Of a DNA stretch of 41,497 nt, positions 1-7,604 are shown in pieces (positions within the stretch are counted from its first letter, which is position 1; each line of letters starts with the position of its first letter). The notes below the pieces were generated by a model. It saw only the letters and a program-made list of their open reading frames with translations. It searched no databases and was not told where the DNA came from. Source of the stretch: a virus (taxonomy: Duplodnaviria; Caudoviricetes); the IMG/VR virus record IMGVR_UViG_3300027265_000005, positions 1 to 41,497 of that record; one strand, 5' to 3'. The position numbers and the translations under genes were made by a program.

Positions 1-126
1 GACGGCAACTCGGTCATCGAGTGGGCTGACGGCAACTCGGTCATCAAGCGGGCTGACGGCAACTCGGTCATCAAGCGGGCTACCGGCAACTCGGTCATCG
101 AGTGGGCTGACGGCAACTCGGTCATC
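1..126 (+). repeat. 27-bp tandem repeat (4 full units plus a partial fifth)
   Basis: Unit (GAC/ACC)GGCAACTCGGTCATC(A/G)AG(C/T)GGGCT at 1, 28, 55, 82; partial unit at 109. Confidence 0.97.
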
Positions 127-249
127 ACGATATACGGAAGCAACGTCACCCTCGAAGCGGTCGCGTACGGCGCGGTTGCTATCGACCGCCTCAAGACGCA
201 GCCGCTCGTCATCACCGCCGCCAACTTCGCGGAAGGGGGCGCATGGTGA
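1..249 (+). CDS. C-terminal part of the 9-aa repeat protein that starts at 40773 and wraps across the circular junction
   Basis: Frame 1 reads DGNSVIEWA-DGNSVIKRA-DGNSVIKRA-TGNSVIEWA-DGNSVITIYGSNVTLEAVAYGAVAIDRLKTQPLVITAANFAEGGAW, stop TGA at 247-249 overlapping the next start. Not in the ORF track. Confidence 0.85.
   Translation, partial: DGNSVIEWADGNSVIKRADGNSVIKRATGNSVIEWADGNSVITIYGSNVTLEAVAYGAVAIDRLKTQPLVITAANFAEGGAW
77..146. repeat. Terminal overlap: 77-146 identical to 41428-41497 (circular or terminally redundant contig)
   Basis: 70-bp exact match that includes the unique non-repeat tail ACGATATACGGAAGCAACGT. Confidence 0.9.
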
Positions 250-587
250 GCGACTGCACAGCAGAGGAGCATGACTGGCGCGAGTCGAACCGCGTGATGG
301 ATAACGCGGCTGCTCGCGGCGACTTCTCGGCCTACATGAACGAGCGCAAGAACAACGTGAGGGCAGTTCGCGCAATGCTCACCCGCATCACCGCCGAGAA
401 CGCCGAGCGCGAGGCCGTGTTCAGGGAGCTGGCTCCCGCCGACATCAAGGATCTGAGCGATGCCGCCGAGATGATGACCGAAGCCGAGTTCCCCAATACG
501 CTGCAACGATGGCTCGCCCCGAAGCTGGCACGAGCTATCGCCGCCCTCACCACCGCCCGTCCGTATGTAGAGAGGAGCGAGGGATGA
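243..587 (+). CDS. hypothetical phage protein (114 aa)
   Basis: SD-like GGAAGGGGG upstream; overlaps flanking stop and start codons. Confidence 0.75.
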   Translation: MVSDCTAEEHDWRESNRVMDNAAARGDFSAYMNERKNNVRAVRAMLTRITAENAEREAVFRELAPADIKDLSDAAEMMTEAEFPNTLQRWLAPKLARAIAALTTARPYVERSEG

Positions 588-811
588 GCGAGCATTTGGC
601 GTTCACGCGGTACGCATCCAGTGAGTCCGGCAAGACGGGGCGCTACGAGGTTCGCAGCAAGCACGACGGCGGACTCTTGGCTCTCGTGTCGTGGTATGGC
701 CCGTGGCGTCGGTACGTCGTCCATCCCCAAGATGGGACGCTGTATGACGCCTCCTGTCTGCGTGACATCGCCGACTTCTTGGACGCCGAGAAAGCGAAGG
801 TGGGCCGATGA
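584..811 (+). CDS. conserved small phage protein (KT...W..WR.Y..P...CL.DIA.FL type)
   Basis: ATGA overlap at 584-587, SD GAGGAG; motif pattern recalled from phage hypothetical proteins. Confidence 0.8.
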   Translation: MSEHLAFTRYASSESGKTGRYEVRSKHDGGLLALVSWYGPWRRYVVHPQDGTLYDASCLRDIADFLDAEKAKVGR

Positions 812-981
812 CCCCGGACACATGCGAGGGATGCGTGTACCACAAGCGCGAGAGTGGAGAACGCTGGCAAGAGGACTGGTGCTACGAGATGCCCGAGCCA
901 ATCAAGAGGCAGTCAACGAGCGGCTACTGGGGCGACTACCCGAGGGCTTGCTCGCGGAAGAAGGAGGCCAACCATGAGTGA
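808..981 (+). CDS. small Cys-containing protein (57 aa, MTPDTCEGCVYHK...)
   Basis: ATGA overlap at 808-811; fills the gap exactly; CxxC motif. Below the ORF-track length cutoff. Confidence 0.65.
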   Translation: MTPDTCEGCVYHKRESGERWQEDWCYEMPEPIKRQSTSGYWGDYPRACSRKKEANHE

Positions 982-1804
982 CACCCCCGACTCAGTAGCA
1001 GAGGCGCACGATGCCGAGGCTCACATGCTGCGTATGCTGTTCGAGACAATCCCCGAATGCGGCGTGTTTGTTGATGCCAACTTGTTCATCAGCAAACGCA
1101 GAGCGAACGCGGCGCTTGACGCCATCCTCGCCCGCGCCTTCTCGTCCCCCACTCCCGAGCCGACTGACGCTTGCCCGACGTGGCGCGAGACGACCGACGA
1201 ACAGGTGCAGCCCTGCTCAACGCAGACGGCGTACTTCCAAGTCCGCTACTACTGCGACAAGTGCGGCAAGGAGCTGGACGCCTTCGCAGGCAACATCCTG
1301 CCGCTCAAAGGCGACACCCCCACCCCCGCCCCTGAGCCTGATGTGGAGGCGGCGCTGAAGCGGATAGCCGCATCGTGCAAGCGTTGTGGAGGCAAGGGTT
1401 ATCGCGAGATGGACGAGGTGTTCATGGGCGGCCAACCGCCGAGGCGCATACCGTGCATCTGCCAGCATGACGCCGAGGTTCTCCGCACCGCACTCGAAGC
1501 CAAGGACGGGCGCATCGAGGAGCTGACTGCTGACATCGGCTACTACCACGGCAACAGCATCCAGCACTGGTACGCGAAGGCGAAGGCGCACGGAGCGGCC
1601 ATCATGCGCGTGTGGCAGGTGCTCGCTGATGCTGGCTATCCCGCTGACGGCAAGACCGACGTTGCGGAGCGAGCACGTCAGGCGCTCACCCTCGTATCCG
1701 AGCAGAGAGACAGGCTGCGGGAGACGGGGATAGGCTACTTGCTGCACCCTCGCAGCATTGAGCACGCCCGAGCACTCAAAGCTGCTATCGAGGAGGCACA
1801 GTGA
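974..1804 (+). CDS. mosaic hypothetical protein with CxxC zinc-binding modules and a coiled-coil segment
   Basis: AAGGAGG SD before ATG 974; CDKCG, CKRCGGKG...CIC, ALEAKDGRIEELTA. Confidence 0.75.
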   Translation: MSDTPDSVAEAHDAEAHMLRMLFETIPECGVFVDANLFISKRRANAALDAILARAFSSPTPEPTDACPTWRETTDEQVQPCSTQTAYFQVRYYCDKCGKELDAFAGNILPLKGDTPTPAPEPDVEAALKRIAASCKRCGGKGYREMDEVFMGGQPPRRIPCICQHDAEVLRTALEAKDGRIEELTADIGYYHGNSIQHWYAKAKAHGAAIMRVWQVLADAGYPADGKTDVAERARQALTLVSEQRDRLRETGIGYLLHPRSIEHARALKAAIEEAQ

Positions 1805-2115
1805 CGACGATCGACGACATCTACGACGAGCAGGAACGCGCGAAGGCGAAGCACGGGGCGAGCTACATGGGGAGCCTGCGGTCCATCTACATCTACGACA
1901 TCCTGCACAATACGATGACCGCCTGCCTGAAAGCCGCGCTGGTGTTCGCCCGGTTGATATGCGACGGAGAACACCCGACGCGGATCGCGGTGCTGGTCGA
2001 GGAGGTCTGCGAGTTGGCCGAATACCTCGAGGATGACGGAGCGCCGCAGGAAGCCAACGACGAGCTCGTGCAGGTAGCGGCGATGGCGCTTGCGTGGTTG
2101 GGCGTGGAGCGGTGA
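1801..2115 (+). CDS. MazG-like all-alpha NTP pyrophosphohydrolase
   Basis: ERAKAKHG...LVEEVCELAEYL...DELVQVAAMALAWL (EExxE...ELxQVAA pattern); GAGGAGG SD; GTGA overlap. Confidence 0.7.
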   Translation: MTTIDDIYDEQERAKAKHGASYMGSLRSIYIYDILHNTMTACLKAALVFARLICDGEHPTRIAVLVEEVCELAEYLEDDGAPQEANDELVQVAAMALAWLGVER

Positions 2116-2738
2116 GGCGCCTAGATGGTGACGGACCGAACCCAAGCGGGCTCTGTATGTGTGGGTGCGGCCAGGTCACGCCGATTGCGAAGATCGGGCG
2201 TTCAGACCGCGGCGACGTAACCGGCAAGCACGTTCGGTTCATCCCCGGCCATCGCGCGCCGCTGGATCCACTCGAACGTGAGCGGTTGTTCTGGCAGAAG
2301 GTCGACAGGCGCGGCCCCGACGAGTGTTGGGAGTGGACCGGGAGCAGGCACGGCAAGGGGTACGGGATGGTCGGCGTCGGCAGCAGGATCGTCGACAAGG
2401 CGCACCGAGTCTCATGGAGGATGCACAACGGACTGATTCCCGAGGGTATGCACGTCCTCCATCACTGTGACAACCCGCCATGCGTCAACCCGGCTCACCT
2501 GTTCATCGGCACGAACGACGACAACGTGCGCGACAAGATCGCGAAGGGCCGGCAGCGAGTCCCCTGCGGGGAGGCCCACGGAAACGCGAAGCTGACGGAG
2601 CGGGACGTAATTGAAATCCGTTTACTTTCGGATGTCCCAGTTAAAGAAATCGCCGCCCGTTTTTCAATATCAGGCTGCACGGTGCGCCGCGTCAGGAATA
2701 GGACGGCATGGGCGCACGTCAAGGAGGTTCAGGTATGA
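2112..2738 (+). CDS. HNH homing endonuclease (N-terminal CxCGCG, HNH core, C-terminal HTH)
   Basis: FWQKVD..CWEWTG..GYG..AHRVSW..VLHHCDNPPCVNPAHL..GT..DN..D; NAKLTE..V.EIR..IAARFSIS..TV. Confidence 0.92.
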   Translation: MRRLDGDGPNPSGLCMCGCGQVTPIAKIGRSDRGDVTGKHVRFIPGHRAPLDPLERERLFWQKVDRRGPDECWEWTGSRHGKGYGMVGVGSRIVDKAHRVSWRMHNGLIPEGMHVLHHCDNPPCVNPAHLFIGTNDDNVRDKIAKGRQRVPCGEAHGNAKLTERDVIEIRLLSDVPVKEIAARFSISGCTVRRVRNRTAWAHVKEVQV

Positions 2739-4879
2739 GGCCACTACGATTGACCGCTTCCGATCTTGGAAGCTATCCGAAGCTCGACATCGACTTCACG
2801 AGTCTCAGCCTAACCAGCGTCACCGGGGACAATGGCTCGGGAAAGAGCACCATCTTCGATGCCGTCCGAATCGCGCTCTACGGTGCCGCCGTGGGTGATC
2901 TCGCGGGGTTCGTGCGCCAGGGTGCCGACCGGATGACCCTCACGCTGGACTTCACGGCGCGTGGCAAGCAGTACCGCGTGCAGCGGGAGTACGGGAAGCA
3001 GGGGCAGAAGGCGACGTTGCATCTCGGCGACACTCCCGTCTGCGAGGCGAAGGTGCGTGACGTCGACGCTGCCATCATCTCCATCGTCGGCGCCGACCAT
3101 GCGACCTTCGTGCTCACACACATGCTGCCGCAAGGCTCGCTCACCCGCTTCGTCACCCTCTCGGCCGCTGACCGCAAGGCATGGCTGGCATCCCAGCTCC
3201 CGCTCGGCCCGTATGCCGCCCTCGAGGACGCCGCGAAGGCCGTCGTGCGCGAGTGCGAGCAGGCCGTCAGCAAGGCGGGTGTGCTGCTCGAGAGCGCGGA
3301 GTCACGCCTGTCTGCCCTCGGCACCGACGAACCTGATGCCGAGGCAGCGCAGAAAACGCTCGAATCGGCCACTCTCGTCGCCGCTGCCGCCCGTTCCGAG
3401 CTTGCCGCAACACAGGCACGGTACAACGACTACGAGGCTGCTGCACGGCTTCACAGCAAGTGGGACGCCGACAAGGCTGGCATCGAGGCGAACCTCACGT
3501 CCGTCCGGCAGCGCATCAGCCAGCTCACCGAGCGGGCGAACAGCACGGTGGAGTTCCCGCAGATCGACGTGGAAGCCGCCGAGCAGCGCATCCGCGAGCT
3601 GCGTCAGTCGATCGCCGAGGTGGAGACTGCCTACGCCGCCCACGAGCAGCGCGTCACCGACGCCCGCCGTGAGGTCAACCGGGCAGTCGACCTCGCATCC
3701 CGCGCGAAGGTCAACAAGGATGCCGCCTACTCGCGCTTCGAGCTGGCCGAGGCGCAGGAGAGTAAGGCGCGCACCCAGCGTGACGAGACGCTTGCCACCG
3801 CGAAGAACTGTCCGGCGTGTGGCGCGACTCCCGAGCATCAGGACCGCGAGCAGGTCGCACGGACGCTCGAGAAGGTCGTCTACGATGCCGAGCAGTCTAC
3901 TGGCGAGGCGCGAAAGGCCGAAGCCACCACCCGTCAAGAGTGGGTGGACGCCGAGAAGGCGGTCGAGGAAGCACGCAAGGTGCTCGCCGCTGCCGAAGCG
4001 TCCGATGTCCCGAGCGCGGGGCAGGACAAGATGGAGCTCGCCGATCTCGAGAAGCAGCTCGCCGACTACCACTCCAAGCAGGCTGCCATCGGAGCAGTCG
4101 AGGAAGCGAACCGCCAGCTTGCCGACGAGAAGAAGCGCGAGGCCGAGCTGCAAGGCGAACTGCGTGAGTGTGTGGACAATGAGCCGACCGAGCTGCAGCC
4201 CGTCGACCTGTCTGCCGCCCAGCAGGCTGTCACGTCGGCCGAGAGTCAGGAGCGCGAGGCGCAGGCCAGTCTCGATACCATCACGCGCACCATCGAGGAG
4301 CGCACGAAGCTGACCGAGGAGACGGCCAAGATGCAGAGTGAGCAGGACGTCGCGCTGCACGAGCAGACCGTCGCCGCGATGCTCGTCAAGGCGTACGGGA
4401 AGAACGGCATCCAGGCGCGCATCCTCGACTCGGCCGTCGACGAGATAGCCGGACACGCCAACGACTTCCTCGCCCGGTTCACCGACGGCCTCTCCGTCGA
4501 GCTGCGTACCCAGCGTGACAACAAGAGCAGCGACGGGATCCGCGAGACGCTGGACGTCCTCGTGACCGACTCGAGCGGCACCCGCCCCATCGAACGCTTC
4601 TCCGGCGGGGAGACGACCCGCGTGTGCTTCGCGCTGGCAGCCGGCCTCTCGGCGTTCGTGCAGTCCCGCACCGACGCGAGCGCGGAATGCTTTGCCGCCG
4701 ATGAGCCCGAGTTTCTCGATCAGCAGGGGCTTGAGGAGATGCTCAACTGCCTCCACATCATCGCCGAGAATGTCCCGCTTGTGATGCTCGTGAGCCACTA
4801 CGAGGGTGTCAGCGACAGCCTGCCGCAGCGCATCCGCGTCAGCAAGACTGGCGCTGGGAGCAAGGCGGTGGTGGAGTGA
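2735..4879 (+). CDS. sbcC: SbcC/Rad50-like SMC ATPase
   Basis: Walker A GDNGSGKST, long coiled coil with central CPACG zinc hook, FSGGE signature, Walker B/D-loop ADEPEFLD, H-loop VSH; ATGA overlap at 2735. Confidence 0.93.
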   Translation: MRPLRLTASDLGSYPKLDIDFTSLSLTSVTGDNGSGKSTIFDAVRIALYGAAVGDLAGFVRQGADRMTLTLDFTARGKQYRVQREYGKQGQKATLHLGDTPVCEAKVRDVDAAIISIVGADHATFVLTHMLPQGSLTRFVTLSAADRKAWLASQLPLGPYAALEDAAKAVVRECEQAVSKAGVLLESAESRLSALGTDEPDAEAAQKTLESATLVAAAARSELAATQARYNDYEAAARLHSKWDADKAGIEANLTSVRQRISQLTERANSTVEFPQIDVEAAEQRIRELRQSIAEVETAYAAHEQRVTDARREVNRAVDLASRAKVNKDAAYSRFELAEAQESKARTQRDETLATAKNCPACGATPEHQDREQVARTLEKVVYDAEQSTGEARKAEATTRQEWVDAEKAVEEARKVLAAAEASDVPSAGQDKMELADLEKQLADYHSKQAAIGAVEEANRQLADEKKREAELQGELRECVDNEPTELQPVDLSAAQQAVTSAESQEREAQASLDTITRTIEERTKLTEETAKMQSEQDVALHEQTVAAMLVKAYGKNGIQARILDSAVDEIAGHANDFLARFTDGLSVELRTQRDNKSSDGIRETLDVLVTDSSGTRPIERFSGGETTRVCFALAAGLSAFVQSRTDASAECFAADEPEFLDQQGLEEMLNCLHIIAENVPLVMLVSHYEGVSDSLPQRIRVSKTGAGSKAVVE

Positions 4880-5100
4880 GAAGCCGCAAGGACGTCTGCG
4901 CGCCGTTCCTGTTTTGGTGCATGGAGTGTGGCAAGAACTCCTACGTCAGCCGCAAAGCCGCGAAGAAGGCACTCCGCGGGATGCTCGGCAAGGTAGCGAA
5001 GGACGAGGCCAAGTGCGGCGTGCTGGTCGTCTACCCGTGCGACCACGGCAACGGATTCCACATCGGGCACCGAGCCGCACCGAGAGGAGCGCAGGCATGA
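4876..5100 (+). CDS. small Cys/His zinc-binding protein
   Basis: CMECGK.SY.SRKAAKKA...VYPCDHG.GFHIGH; GTGA and ATGA overlaps. Confidence 0.75.
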   Translation: MRSRKDVCAPFLFWCMECGKNSYVSRKAAKKALRGMLGKVAKDEAKCGVLVVYPCDHGNGFHIGHRAAPRGAQA

Positions 5101-5513
5101 GGGCATTCAGCATCCCCGGCAAGCCGACACCGAAGGCCCGTGCGCGCACCACGAAGGCAGGCGTCACATTCACGCCGAAGCCGACCCAGCTCGCGGAGGG
5201 CAAGGTGCTCGAGTGCTACCTCGCCGCCTACCCCGACGCGCCGCCGTACGAGGGTGCAGTCGAACTCAGCGTCATGGTGTACTTCTCCATCCCGCCGAGC
5301 TGGTCGAAGAAGAAGGCGGCAGCCGCGAAGGACGCCCCGCACGTCAGTCGGCCGGACTTGGACAACATCATCAAGATGGTCACGGACGCGCTCAACGGGG
5401 TCGCCTTCAAGGACGACAGCCAGATCAGCTACATCACGGCCATGAAGAACTACGGCACGAAAGAAGGCGTCGTAGTCAGGCTTGTGGAAGGCGACACCTC
5501 GGCAGTATCGTAG
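5097..5513 (+). CDS. rusA: RusA-family Holliday junction resolvase
   Basis: IPGKPTPKARAR...RPDLDNIIKMVTDALNGVAFKDDSQI motif. Confidence 0.93.
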   Translation: MRAFSIPGKPTPKARARTTKAGVTFTPKPTQLAEGKVLECYLAAYPDAPPYEGAVELSVMVYFSIPPSWSKKKAAAAKDAPHVSRPDLDNIIKMVTDALNGVAFKDDSQISYITAMKNYGTKEGVVVRLVEGDTSAVS

Positions 5514-5539
5514 GACCACCACTCGGTCAGGGGGACTCT

Positions 5540-5809
5540 ATGCTAGACGTTCGGGCGCTCAAACAAGGCAGCCTTGTCGGACTCGACAGGCCGCGCTACC
5601 CAGCAAAGGTGCAGCGAGACACGCACCTCACCGCTCACGCCATCAAGAGCATCAGGTCGCACCACCTCGGGAATGCCGAGCAGCACGTCATCGAGACTGA
5701 ATGCGGTCGGTTCTTCGCGGCTGAGCAACTGATCGCCCTCGCGCAAGGTCGTCGGCGCCCATGCAAGAGCTGTGCGGCGGCGATGGAAGAAGCGAACGGT
5801 GGGGAGTGA
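5540..5809 (+). CDS. hypothetical protein with H...TECG...CKSC zinc motif
   Basis: SD AGGGGG before ATG 5540; metal-ligand pattern. Confidence 0.7.
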   Translation: MLDVRALKQGSLVGLDRPRYPAKVQRDTHLTAHAIKSIRSHHLGNAEQHVIETECGRFFAAEQLIALAQGRRRPCKSCAAAMEEANGGE

Positions 5810-6632
5810 CGGCCTGTTCATCCCTGCCGCGGCACTCGACAAGCTGCGATTCCTCAAGAACGGCGTGACGCTGGCCGTCTACCTGCACATCAAGGCGAAG
5901 GAGACGGCAGGCGTCCTTGAGGCGAGCACATCGCTCGTCGCGGCCGAGCTGGGGACATCACGCGGGTCGGTGTCGAAGGCGCTCGACGCGCTCCACGCCG
6001 CCAATCTCGTCGAGGTCGACTACGGGTTGAACCGCCACTCTCCCACGCGGATCAAGCTGACCGACGACGACGCGGATGACCTGTTGGTGGGGTTCGCTGT
6101 GGAAAGCGTGGACAACTTGGGCGAGGAGTGCGTGAGTCCGGACAACGGTTGTCCACCGACCAACGCCACGGCGCTCATCGAGGAGTGGAACAAGCACTTC
6201 GAGCCGCCGGCGAGCGCGCTTCCCAGCAATGTGAGAGCCGCCGACGCCGCACGCCACGCAGTCGCCAAGTCGGGCAGGGAGAACGGGCAGGCGACGGCCT
6301 ACCTTGTCGGCGCCATACGCAACTACGCGGCCGTCCTGAACAGCCACGACCACATATTCTCAATCCGCTTCGGGTTCGCCGAGTTCTTCGACGGCCAGTA
6401 CGTCAAGTTCCTCGACGAGTCCGACCCGCTCACACGATTCCGCAACTTCGACTCGGCACCGAAAGGAGGACCAGCACGCCGGAGTCTGCTCCATGATGAC
6501 CGCTGCCCCGAATGTCAAGGCAAGGGGTACGTCATCGAGGATGGAGTGGACGCAGACGGGCACGAGTACGCCCAGCCCGTCACCTGCCCGAACCCCAAGT
6601 GCGTCAATGGACGCATCCCGAGAGAGGATTAG
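5799..6632 (+). CDS. putative replication initiator (N-terminal winged HTH, C-terminal CPECQGKG...CPNPKC zinc finger)
   Basis: LAVYLHI...SLVAAELGTSRGSVSKALDAL...LVEV wHTH; internal DnaA-box-like cluster; position after RusA. Start uncertain. Confidence 0.6.
   Translation: MGSDGLFIPAAALDKLRFLKNGVTLAVYLHIKAKETAGVLEASTSLVAAELGTSRGSVSKALDALHAANLVEVDYGLNRHSPTRIKLTDDDADDLLVGFAVESVDNLGEECVSPDNGCPPTNATALIEEWNKHFEPPASALPSNVRAADAARHAVAKSGRENGQATAYLVGAIRNYAAVLNSHDHIFSIRFGFAEFFDGQYVKFLDESDPLTRFRNFDSAPKGGPARRSLLHDDRCPECQGKGYVIEDGVDADGHEYAQPVTCPNPKCVNGRIPRED
6098..6157. promoter_or_regulatory. cluster of DnaA-box-like 9-mers (candidate origin) inside the initiator-like gene
   Basis: TGTGGAAAG 6098, CGTGGACAA 6107, TCCGGACAA 6137, TTGTCCACC 6149, compared with TTGTCCACA / TTWTNCACA. 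Confidence 0.5.
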
Positions 6633-6635
6633 CGC

Positions 6636-7445
6636 ATGAAAGTGACATTCAGCGCCCAACTTCAGGAGGTCGAGAAGTCGGCCGGCAAGCTGCCGAAGGC
6701 GCAGATCGAGCTCTACAGCAGTAAGGAGGTCAGCGCGACCCAGTACGCGGCCGAGCTGATGGAGCTCGTCGGAAACGTCATCATCACCATCGAGTCGGCG
6801 CAGACCAGCATCGACGACGAGGAGCCGGAAGTCGCCGAGGGGCAGCAGCAGATCCCCACGACGGACGACGGCCAGGCCGAAGGCGAGACTGTGCAGGTGA
6901 CGGTCAGCGCGGAGACGGGCGAGATCCTTGACGACTCTCCCGAGGACGATAACGTGCCCGTCGCCCCCGATGATCCCCCGACTCCCGAGGAGGCGTTCGA
7001 GAAGAACTACGGCGCCATCGACGACCCGCTCGCTGTTGGCGAGGAAGTCGAGGAGGTCGGCGAGGACGCAGAGCCGACGTCGGCCGACGTTGAGGATGCG
7101 ATGTTCGAGGATGCTACTGGCGAGGTCGAGGAGGAGCTGGTGCGATACGACCTGCCCCCCATCGACCGCTGCTCGGCCGCCATCGACTCGGCCATCTCAC
7201 GCGGTCCCGAATCGCACGCGCATTTCTCCCACAACAACGTCCACTTCACGGTCAAGTATCTCGGCGAGGAGAAGAACCAGCTCAAGCTCACGATCGGCAA
7301 CGCGCCCGACTCGGACTACGCCGTCACCGCTGCCGCCAGCTTCTTCGCACCCCTGCCGGTCACGTCGCTCAAGATGAACTCGGCACGCAACGAGTTCACC
7401 GTGTCCCTGTCTGCCTACAAGGACGCCGTACTGGCGATGATGTAG
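6636..7445 (+). CDS. highly acidic hypothetical protein (269 aa)
   Basis: GAGGA SD; folded-looking termini around a long D/E-rich linker; ends TAG TAG. Confidence 0.8.
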   Translation: MKVTFSAQLQEVEKSAGKLPKAQIELYSSKEVSATQYAAELMELVGNVIITIESAQTSIDDEEPEVAEGQQQIPTTDDGQAEGETVQVTVSAETGEILDDSPEDDNVPVAPDDPPTPEEAFEKNYGAIDDPLAVGEEVEEVGEDAEPTSADVEDAMFEDATGEVEEELVRYDLPPIDRCSAAIDSAISRGPESHAHFSHNNVHFTVKYLGEEKNQLKLTIGNAPDSDYAVTAAASFFAPLPVTSLKMNSARNEFTVSLSAYKDAVLAMM

Positions 7446-7449
7446 TAGA

Positions 7450-7546
7450 CTCGGAGCTGCGGAGCGCGTCGGCCTCACCTCCCCCCGAGGAACCCCACCG
7501 ATGCGAGTCGCAGAGGTCCCGGTCGAGCCATCCGGCGGCTCCCGAG
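7450..7546 (+). ncRNA. candidate structured RNA with a C-rich anti-SD-like loop
   Basis: Nested pairings CTCGG-AGCTGC-GGA/TCC-GCGGCT-CCGAG, CGCGTCGG/CCGATGCG, CCTC/GAGG with loop ACCTCCCCCC. Confidence 0.45.
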
Positions 7547-7552
7547 ACAACA

Positions 7553-7587
7553 GAAAGCCCCGCAGGCTCGGCTCCTGCGGGGCTTTC
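7553..7587. terminator. bidirectional intrinsic terminator between the convergent arms
   Basis: GAAAGCCCCGCAGG-CTCGGCT-CCTGCGGGGCTTTC perfect 14-bp stem with short A/T tails on both sides. Confidence 0.85.
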
Positions 7588-7604
7588 GCATTCCGTGGGG
7601 GCTG

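Noticed and set aside
4171-4179. Perfect TGTGGACAA DnaA box in sbcC
   Set aside because: Isolated single 9-mer in coding sequence; compatible with chance.
7450-7546. tRNA or a named ribozyme class
   Set aside because: No cloverleaf or T-loop, and I could not fit hammerhead, HDV or twister consensus by eye; left as an unclassified structured RNA candidate.
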